Below are positions 23,822-33,044 of a stretch of DNA of 64,000 nucleotides, one piece after another. A model generated the notes under the pieces. The model worked only from the letters and a program-made list of their open reading frames with translations, did not search any database and was not told the DNA's origin. The first letter of the stretch is position 1, and every line of letters begins with the position of its first letter. Source of the DNA: Yuukianura sp. NJ FZ-2021 (Eukaryota); NCBI GenBank assembly GCA_046563655.1, contig CM102285.1, forward strand, positions 6,448,001 through 6,512,000, in the 5' to 3' direction. A program made the position numbers and the translations under genes.

Positions 23822-25445
23822 CGTAGCAACCCATAATCGCCGAACCAAAAATCGCCGCTCCAATAACCGCCGCTCAATAATCGCCGAAAAAATTACCGCC
23901 GCCAACCAAACAAGGTAGGGCAATGCTCAAGGGTTGAGCATAGGTCTTCTGGAGGAAGTTGACAATTGATACGACTTAGATCGGTTGGCCGCAAAACCGT
24001 TCAACAATTACCATAAGAAACCGTTTTAATGACATTCTTCTAAACAGCGCTAATAATTTTCCGCGCGGATATGGAGGTCTATTTTGTGCATGAGTTGCCT
24101 GCATCACCACATTGATAATTTTACTGTTTAATTGCACCAAAATCATTTTCCAGTTGTAAGTTCCAAAACATCTGCACTGAAATGATGTTCATATTTTTTG
24201 TTGAGTAAAATGCGCAAATGTCAATGTTGTCATGACAATATAGCAAACACAGTGTTAACATAGCTGCACTAAAATTATGGTGTTAAACAAGTTGCACAAC
24301 AGTTGTGCGGAATAGTTACTATTCCGCAACTTGCTACGTAAAATGGTTTGCTTATAATGCACATTGTTTATGATAAATGAGCAATTGTTCTCAAATATGC
24401 ACAAATTGCTAATATTAACGTCCACAACACAACGTCAAAATAACTGCCCAATTCGACATTTGTGCATCTTACTTAAGTGTGCACAAAATTAAACGTTGAG
24501 TGGCAGGCGCCGAATATAGCTTTTTTAAAATCGAAATCGGTTCAAATACATGCACCATGTGTTAAATCAAGTGCATAAGCAATAGAGTCGAATATAGCTT
24601 GTTAAAATCAAAATTATAAAAATTTCTTGCAAAGGCAAATTGGAAGTGTTTACGTGTTACCAATTTAAGCCGGATTTTCTACCGTCTAATCAGTCTTAAT
24701 TTAACAACGTAACTAAACATACTGCCAGAAAATGACCAGATCAAAACTCCGTTGTTTATAAATACCATGAGTGCAATCGAAACCAAAACTGTTTTGCGGA
24801 GCCACGATACTGCGGGTACGTAAAGTAGCCGCCAACTTTTACGTTGTTAATTTAACACTTTGAGTGCAATGTAGACTTACTGAAAACTCTTGAGCCATAC
24901 ATAACCCCCCGACTGCGATGGGGCTAATGTTTCAGTGCAATGAGTCCTAAAAAACGTAACAGACAGACAGACGGACAAAGTCGTATCAATAGTCTTCTTC
25001 AGCACGTCGTAGACGTGCGTCTCCAATAGACTAAAACCGCCGCTGTTCAGAAACCGCCGCCTTCCAGAAAGGGTTCAATACCAATTGGTTCAAAAGACCA
25101 GTTGGTGCAATGCCGATTAGTTTGAGACAAATTTGTTTGATGTTCCCGCGCCCAAGGCGCGGTGTTAGGTTTGGTAACACCCACAATAGTCATCACGTCT
25201 GTAGGTTCTATTTTCTAATGCTACCTATGTTGCCACATTGAGCAATACAAAGTGTGAGGTGTTCCTAGCGGCGGTTTTTCGTGGCAGCGGCTTTTGCCTA
25301 TCGGCGATTATCGTGGCGGCGGTTTTTCCTGGCGGCTGTTTTTGCATGCGGCGATTTTTACCTGGCGGCGGTTATTTTTTCGGCGATTATTGAGCGGCGG
25401 TTATTGAAGCGGCGGTTTTTGGTTCGGCGGTTATGACATGGAGCC
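23822..25445. mobile_element. TIR element built of (A)ACCGCCG subrepeats, host to nested insertions
   Basis: Left end CGTAGCAACCCATAATCGCCGAACC, right end GGTTCGGCGGTTATGACATGGAGCC. Same terminal style as 6986-7538. TSD not evident. Confidence 0.75.
23911..25032 (-). mobile_element. Helentron-associated non-autonomous element (DINE-1/HINE-like), nested
   Basis: On the minus strand: 5' hairpin (25002-25018), GTCY microsatellite (~24958-24977) and 3' stem-loop ATGCTCAA-GGG-TTGAGCAT (23923-23941) followed by TTGTTT. Inserted in a T-run without a TSD. Confidence 0.7.
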
Positions 25446-25615
25446 GTTTCGAACACCCCTCCTCCGGGCCAGAGCAATGACTCCTTACATTTAAATACGA
25501 TGCTAACCTAAAAAATGAATTTGTACAGCATCAAAACGTTTGCAGTGAGCAAGAGTTGAAAGAGTTGGGGAGTTCAAATATTTTCGAATGACATTAAATC
25601 TGGGTAACTTATCAT

Positions 25616-25830
25616 CGGTTGGATTATACCCATATGTGCGCATGTTAAAAACTTGGAAAAATTTCGAGAAAAGGGTCAATGACATCTCCAGACAATCCAA
25701 AAAACGACCTCTACAAAAGTTGTTTGGCTTGAGGAGGGGATCATTTCTTTTCCTCTAAAACATGTCACTGTGACCTTCCGTTGAGGTCATAGGTCAATTT
25801 GAAAGTCTGCTGTGTTAGCTTAGGTTAAAC
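25616..25830. mobile_element. Half copy (one arm) of the 4275-4678 foldback MITE family
   Basis: CGGTTGGATTATACCCATATGTGCGCATGTTAAAAACTT...GGTCATAGGTCAATTTGAAAGT aligns with 4274-4466. Confidence 0.85.
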
Positions 25831-25838
25831 GTTTAAAA

Positions 25839-26072
25839 CAAAAACCTTCCGAAATTAGAGTTTGCGCGGCGGGCACATTTGAACGTCCTGAAATTATTGG
25901 ACAAATTATTCCAACAATAGTGAAATACTACAATAAATCTCTATAAATTACATCAAAATAGTAACACATTTTCAAATTGCTTTTAGCGTTGATTTAATTG
26001 TACGTCTAATAATTTAATGGTTGGTTACAATATCTGCTTGCAGCGCAAACTCTAATTTCGGAGAGGTTTTTG
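25839..26072. mobile_element. Short MITE
   Basis: TIR CAAAAACCTTCCGAAATTAGAGTTTGCGC...GCGCAAACTCTAATTTCGGAGAGGTTTTTG. Confidence 0.75.
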
Positions 26073-26116
26073 GAGAGCCCTTGTATCAGGAAAGAAGTTG
26101 TGTCTTCTTTCAATAA

Positions 26117-27119
26117 ATGAAGGCCTTAAAACATATTCAATAACCTTCGTAACTAAAATTTAGGTGCCCGCGCTGGATTCATTACATTGAAAAATATTCG
26201 CTCACAGCGACATCGTAAAGCGTGCTCGTAGCGTAGCGGTCATTTTATGGATCATGACGGCGTCATAAAAATATACTACAAAACCTTCGTAACTTTAAAA
26301 TTTGGGTCCCCACGCTGGATTCATTACATTCAAGAATATTCGCTCACAGCGACATTGTAAAGCGTTCATTTTGCGTAGCTGTTATTTTATTTATCGTGAC
26401 GGCCTAGAAAACATATTCAATAGCTCTCGAGACATTGGGTGCCTCGCTGGACTAATTATATTCAAGAATATTCGCTCACTGCGACATTGTAAAGCGTGCT
26501 CGTAGCGTAGCGGTCATTTGATGGATCATGACGGCGTGATAAAAATATACTACAAAACCTTCGTAACTTTAAAATTTGGGTCCCCGCGCTGGATTCATTA
26601 CATTCAAGAATATTCGCTCACAGCGATATCGCAAGGCGTTCGTGTAGCGTAGCTGTCATTCTATTTATCGTGAGGGCCTTAAAAACATACTCAATAGAGC
26701 CCGCGTTGCACTCATTACATTCAAGAATATTCGCTCACAGCGACATCGCAAAGCGTTCATTTTGCGTAGCTGTCATTTTATTTATCGTAACGGCCTTGAA
26801 AACATATTCAATAGCTCTCGAGACTTTGGGTGCCTCGCTGGATTCATTATATTCAAGAATATTCGCTCACAGCGACATTTTAAACCGTGCTCGTAGCGTA
26901 GCGGTCATTTTATGGATCCTGACGTCGTGATAAAAACATACCACAAAACCTTCGTAACTTTAAAATTTGGGTCCCCGCGCTGGATTCATTACGTTCAAGA
27001 ATATTCGCTCACAGCGACATCGCAAGGCGTTCGTGTAGCGTAGCTGTCATTCTATTTATCGTGACGGCCTTAAAAACATACTCAATAGAGCCCGCGTTGC
27101 ACTCATTACATTCAAGAAT
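26117..27119. repeat. Satellite array, left segment (142/117/132-bp monomers)
   Basis: About 7 monomers with the core ATTCAAGAATATTCGCTCACAGCGACAT. The outermost monomers are diverged. Confidence 0.95.
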
Positions 27120-27482
27120 TGCAACAACCCCGCAGTCCCTGAGACCGAAACTGTGATTTCCTCTACAGGGAAATCTGCAGTTCAGGTCGAATCTTCCTGG
27201 AGAGAAGATTTGACCTGAGGTCAACAATGCTTGGTTCTCCTAATGTGCCAACATCAACTGGAAAATGAAATGGTTTGGAAACAACAAGTGAACTAATGGA
27301 ATAACTTTTATTGAGATGTTCCTTGAAGAAGGTTGGGAAGAGACTCCCGCTACAGAAAATTGTAAATGAGAATATTTCTGTATCCTATCTCGAGAACATA
27401 GTCCTCCTACTCTACCTATTCCTACGCACTCGGTTTCCTCCGGAGTTCCGAATCCGTCCCTCGTCAGTCCCTGTCCGCTTCA
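27120..27482 (-). repeat. 3' LTR (363 bp)
   Basis: By eye it differs from 32681-33044 by about 2 substitutions and 1 single-base indel. Confidence 0.95.
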
Positions 27483-28757
27483 TATTGCGCCCGCGAAACG
27501 CGCCTCCATCAGCGCCATTTCCATGCACGGTCCTCCGACCTCGACCAGCGGATAAAATCTTCGTCTTCTTATCGTCTCGTTTCCATTCGACACGTCCAGA
27601 ATTCCCACGTTTTGTCTTAAGTTTCTCCCGTTTTTTCATGTTAGTTCTTTGAGTCAAATGAATTCTGGTGACTGGACATTGTTCAAAATAGAGGTTCCGG
27701 GATTGTTTTCTTTCCAAAATATTGCTTTTCTGTCCGGTTGTTGGTTGACTTTCGGGCATTCTTGCCTGTTGTGTCCATTCGAGAAACAAATGAGTAAATC
27801 TTTGAAGTTAGATTGTTGAATTGTTGTAGGAACTGTCAAAACTTGTCTCTGATGTTGTTAGATGTTGATCTGCAACTCATCAGTTATGTCAGCAATGTCT
27901 TCATCAGAATGAATTTCCAAATATTGTTTCGACTGCTTGTCACTTCCATTGGTTTGTCAGCAATTTGAGTATTCTTGACACTTTCGGTAGAATTCGGCAA
28001 TACTTTTGACTTCTTGTCTATTTTAGCAGTGATGTTTCAACTAGTGGTCACTTCCATTGGATTGTCAGTAAATTGAGTGTTGTTGACACTTTCGTTACAA
28101 GTCGGCACTAATTTTGATTTCTTCTTCAGTTCAACGTTTGTCCGCTTCTTCTACGGAGAGGTGAAAACCGATTTTCTCTTCAGGAAAATCAGTAAAAACG
28201 TTTCTTGACTCCGAAATTCTCTCTACTGGAGATTTTCAGCTTTTGACTTCCAATTTCCTCTACAGGGAAATTAGAGTAAATCTTTAGACTGTACTGTGCT
28301 GAATCTGGAAAGCATGTGAGATAGTTAGATAACTGATTGTGGGTTAGCGCTCGAAAGTGAGGTTGTGACTAATACTCTGACTTAGGGGAAACTGCTTAAC
28401 GCCCACGTACGATTCTATTTTACTAAACATTAAATTTAACGACTAAATGTACTGAAGGTACTGGACTAGACTATTTCAGTACTATTAAATATTTCAGCAA
28501 AATTATAAATCTATAAACATTGTGATTTATATTATAATAATTTGAATATTTTCCTAACTAATAATTAATTATTATTTTGACGTAACTAATGACGTAGGCC
28601 TGCCAATGACCTATAATTTACTTGTTTTCTTTCGCGTAATTTGCTGGTAACTGCTGGACTTGTCGGAATGTCACTGGTTGGTTTCTTCTCGCGTAACTTC
28701 CTGGTAATTGGTTGACTTTTCCGAATGTCATTGTTCTTGATTTCTGACAGTTTCTTC

Positions 28758-30152
28758 TCAAACAAAAAATGGTTTTAGCTCCAAAACGCGACGTCTCCCG
28801 AATTTCTTGTTTGTGACTGGATCTGCTAACTCGTAGCTTCCGTCTGCGGTTTTTCGTGTAATTTTGAAAAGGCCTAGCCATCGTTTTGAAGATTTTTGCA
28901 TCATCTCATCGTCCTTCTTGGGAATTGGGTGATTTCGAATTAAGGCTAAATCAACACTGTCGTATGTAACATCTCGATGAGAACTGTCGTCCATTTTCTT
29001 AGTTTCTTCATGTTCCTCCTCCATGTTCTCGAGTACCCATTTGATTAATTCTTGTAGTTTCTCGGGTAAATCGGTCAATTTCGCGCTTTCTTCATCAAAA
29101 TAGGTGTTTCCTTTAGCTTCCAAATTTCTGTCAAACGGAAGTGGCAAATCGTTGTCTAAGTTCAAAAGGGCTGATGTAAATTTTGTTGGTTGCAGTAACC
29201 CAGATGGTAGGGTATTGTCTGGCTTTGTCGTTTGACAAATTTTGCATGACTTGACGTAGTCAGCAGTGTCCTTATTCATTCTGTTCCAGAAACATCGATG
29301 TTTGATTTCCTCCTTTGTCTTCTTGGCTCCAAGATGACCTGACTCCGGTGCATCATGAAAAATCTTCTGAATTTCATTTTGGAGTGACGTTGGAATAACT
29401 GGAATCTTGATTTTTTGCAAAACGAACTTCTGTTTTGACTTGTTGGTTTGGTTTGACTCTGGTACGATCCCTGCCGACTGAACTTGATTAGGTTCCTCCG
29501 CACTGGATGTACATTTTTGGAAACCCGGAATTTCCATTTTTTGAATTTGAGTTTCAGCTACTTTTGAGTAAACCTCGGTAGTTTCTGCGAGAGAGTACTT
29601 GTTGATTCTCTTGAGCGGAATCTCGACTTGACGCTTCACTATTCCAACTTCAATTAAGAAGTGTGTACACTTGGAATTTGAAGGGTCATCACGAATCAAT
29701 TTCTTGAGACGTGAAGTTTGAATTTCATTTTCTTGGTCAATTTTGATTTGGTTCGAAGTCGTTGTCTCGTAACAGAAACACACAAGGGTACAGACGATCT
29801 CTTCTGGATCGTCCGTTCCTTCAGTGTCATGACTGTCAGCTGGAGCTCGTGAGAGAATCAAAATGTGTGCACTCCGTTCCATTTTCTTCAGGATTTTGGA
29901 GATGAATAAGATTGGCCGATCCTTTCCATCTAAAGCTTGAACTTGCGCGGTGCCCAAGCAAATGTCGGATGCGTCACATTTGAGAATAATTGGAATTTTG
30001 AATCGAAGTTTGATTTTTGATTTGGTGTCTTTTGTCAATCGTTCCGTCATCACGCAAAACTTAGACGCTGAATCCAAGGTCTGAATTGATTTGAAATAAC
30101 TTGAATTGTAGGTACACCTCTTGAGATCTTGACGAGTATCGGGACAACACAA
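28758..30152 (-). pseudogene. pol: Deleted pol remnant: protease fragment, RNase H start, integrase HHCC zinc finger, GPY/F-like C-terminus
   Basis: TLDSASKFCVM (degenerate protease motif), LKCDASDICLG...RPILFISK, HDAPESGHLG...WNRM..D...YVKSCKICQ, GLLQP, WLGLFKI and YEL...LKPF. No RT YxDD motif and no integrase DDE core are seen. Confidence 0.88.
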
Positions 30153-30162
30153 ATCGAGGTGG

Positions 30163-31805
30163 TTATTGGTGTCTCCCTTGGGAGTTTAAATCTGGATTTT
30201 GATTGTTGTTGTCATCATCCAGTTGTTCTTCTTCGTAGTACTCGTCTTCGTACTCAGTTTCCCATTCCTCATCATAAGTGGGTAGTGCCAATCCGGTTTT
30301 ATTTGGACACACTTTTGTAAGATGACCAAATCTTTTGCATTTCTTGCATTGGACATTAGCCAGTTTGTTTTTGTCAGATGGATTTTGACTTGGTGTAGTT
30401 TCTTGAGGTTTGTCATTTTGTTTGTCATCTCTTGAAATTCCGTTCCATCTTCCATCACGATAAGTGAAATTTCCTTTATCAGGGAAATTTTCTCTGCCGC
30501 CGCGGAATGGACGTCCAGAGTTTGAATTGTATGTTTGATTGAATCCCTGTTGTTCATGAAAAGACTTTGACCCGCGATAGGATTCAGTTTCTGACTCCTC
30601 GGTCGACTTTTCTTCAGATTTCTGTTTGGGACCAGGGTTTTTCTTAGATTCTTTAAAATTCATGTTCATTTAATGGCGGTAGGCGAATTTTCTCTTTGTA
30701 AACTCTGGCGTTAGCCTCAAGGCTTTGATGAACCACGTGACAAGCTTTAACTAACGCCTCCGGTGTTTTAATATCCTGTGCTCCTAAACCCAGTCGCAAC
30801 TGTGGAAATAGGGCATTTCGTGTTCTTTCGACAGACATTTCTGTAGGTTCATTTGGATAAACGACCTTTGACATCTTCAGCATTTCAAAAATGAAAGACT
30901 CTGTCGGTTCATGGACACGTTGAAGTCTTGTTTGCAGAAGCCTTTCGTTCAATGATGTTGGTAGTTCCGTCGTATTTTTCCATAAATTCTTGTTTGAATT
31001 CATCCCAGTCATCAATTCTGTGGCGTACATGGTCCCACCATTCTTGGACGTCATTTGGTAGAATGTTTTTGACCAAATACAAGTAGTCATTTTCTTTGTA
31101 TTGTTGAGCTCTGTAGTATCTTTCTACATCCTCCAAGAAGTCTGAAGCTGTTGTTTTCTTATGGTTGAATTTCGGAATTGGAATTTCGGAACTGACGGTT
31201 GTCAGCCGAATTCCTTGTAGAGCATTTAGAAAATCTTGTTGAGGTTGATTTGGTTGTTGTCTTTGGTTGAATTGTGGTTGAAAGGATTCACTGCCAGTAG
31301 CCTTTGCATTGCCACTTTCAATTGTGTGCATGCGTCTATCCAATCTGGTTAGACTCACTTGAATAGGATTCATGATTTGTGAAACCACAGCAGCAAATCC
31401 TTCATTGATCCATTTTGCGACATTTTGTTCATTAATTTGACTTGATTGTGGAATTCGCACAAAATCTGCTCCACTCGGTACAGTACGTGAACTGGATGGA
31501 CCAGAACCCGTAGTACGCATGCCTGATGTTGCTGTTGAAGCTTGAGTTGTGATTGTTGGAGCAGCGGATGAGACGATAGGAACTTGGCTTGCTACAGTTC
31601 TTTGAATTACAGAACTTGCATCTGAACCTCCAGTTGAATAATCTGTGTCTTTATCTACTGGATTCTGAATTTGCATGTCACCTTCAAAATCATCATCATG
31701 AATTGGTTCTTCAGGAATTGGATTTATGTTTTGTCTGTCCATGTTGAATCCTTGTAGGAATGCATGAGAGTTTCTTTCCAAATCTCTTACTTCCCTTCTG
31801 CTCAT
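30163..31805 (-). pseudogene. gag: Gag (capsid-like region plus CCHC zinc knuckle), broken by two frameshifts
   Basis: Three overlapping ORFs: 30909-31805 (IPKF...FLEDVERY...WW...WDEFKQEFMEKY), 30653-31090 (LQRVHEPTESFI...RNALFPQLR) and 30163-30669 (CKKCKRFGHLTKVC). Confidence 0.88.
30184..30190 (-). other. Putative -1 ribosomal frameshift heptamer U UUA AAC at the gag-pol junction
   Basis: GAT TTA AAC is in the gag frame, six codons before the gag stop, followed by the short inverted repeat CTCCC-AA-GGGAG. Confidence 0.7.
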
Positions 31806-32664
31806 TAGTTAATGCTGGAAAACGAAATTCTCTACAGGAATTTCAATTAATTCAGTTAACTGAGTTAGTTTTTAGGATTGTGTTTGTTTTAATTGGTTTT
31901 GAGATGTTCTTGGTGTCGATGCTCTCTTCAGGAGCTTCAACTCCAAATTACAACTTGTTCCTCTCTTGAGTTTTTGATTTCCTCTTCAGGGAATTCAAAG
32001 TTTTTGGTAATTTTTAGAAAATCGGGCAGCACCCGTGCGTGATTTCAGCTTTTTGAAAATTTTTGGCCAGCACCCGTGCGTAGTGTTTGATTTTGGAATT
32101 TTTGGCAGCACCCGTGCCTTCATTTTATGTCGGGGTTGTTATATGAATCTCTTCCTTCCTTTAATTTGGCATCAAATGGACAATGAACGATTTTCTCTAC
32201 GGGAAAATCGGTTCAATTTTCGAAAAATCTCTTCAGGATTTTTCAAAATAAGCGACGAATTGCTCTCTGTCCTTTGGTTTGGTGTCTCTGAACTTTGAAC
32301 TTCTCTCTACAGGAAAATTTCAAAGTGTTTGAATTTTTGAAAAAATCGGGCAGCACCCGTGCGTGAAAACGATTTTTGGAAAATTTTTGGCAGCACCCGT
32401 GCCTTTATGTGACCTTTGACCTGACTTGTCTTTTCTCTACTGGAAAATACTGGTAGGTTTTTGATTTATTCCAATGCTGGATTGCTTTTCTCTACAGGAA
32501 AATCAATCAGCTGGTAGGTCAGAATTTCCTCTACAGGGAAATTCTCATCGGTTTATCTCGTCTTCTTCTTCAATTGTCTTCAATTGAGCCTTTCTCTACA
32601 GGAAAGTCTCACTTGACCTCTTGACCTTTCATTTCAGTTGATCATCTTGACATCACTGGAATAA

Positions 32665-32679
32665 TCCCTTCGGCCGCCA
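32665..32679 (-). other. Primer-binding site
   Basis: TGGCGGCCGAAGGGA starts 1 nt inside the 5' LTR boundary on the minus strand. TGG complements the tRNA CCA end. The tRNA identity is unconfirmed. Confidence 0.75.
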
Positions 32680-32680
32680 C

Positions 32681-33044
32681 TGCAACAACCCCGCAGTCCC
32701 TGAGACCGAAACTGTGATTTCCTCTACAGGGAAATCTGCAGTTCAGGTCGAATCTTCCTGGAGAGAAGATTTGACCTGAGGTCAACAATGCTTGGTTCTC
32801 CTAATGTGCCAACATCAACTGGAAAATGAAATGGTCTGGAAACAACAAGTGAACTAATGGAATAACTTTTATTGAGATGTTCACTTGAAGAAGGTTGGGA
32901 AGAGACTCCCGCTACAGAAAATTGTGAATGAGAATATTTCTGTATCCTATCTCGAGAACATAGTCCTCCTACTCTACCTATTCCTACGCACTCGGTTTCC
33001 TCCGGAGTTCCGAATCCGTCCCTCGTCAGTCCCTGTCCGCTTCA
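32681..33044 (-). repeat. 5' LTR (364 bp)
   Basis: Direct repeat of 27120-27482, adjacent to the PBS. Confidence 0.95.

Larger units (their letters stand above)
27120..33044 (-). mobile_element. Ty3/gypsy LTR retrotransposon, non-autonomous (internally deleted pol)
   Basis: TG...CA LTRs at 27120-27482 and 32681-33044, 4-bp TSD GAAT (27116-27119 and 33045-33048), and a PBS. Gag is followed by PR-RH-IN remnants in gypsy order. Confidence 0.95.

Noticed and set aside
27311..27789. ORFs overlapping the 3' LTR on both strands, and ORF 32885-33499
   Set aside because: They cross LTR/internal or LTR/satellite junctions and are chance open frames.
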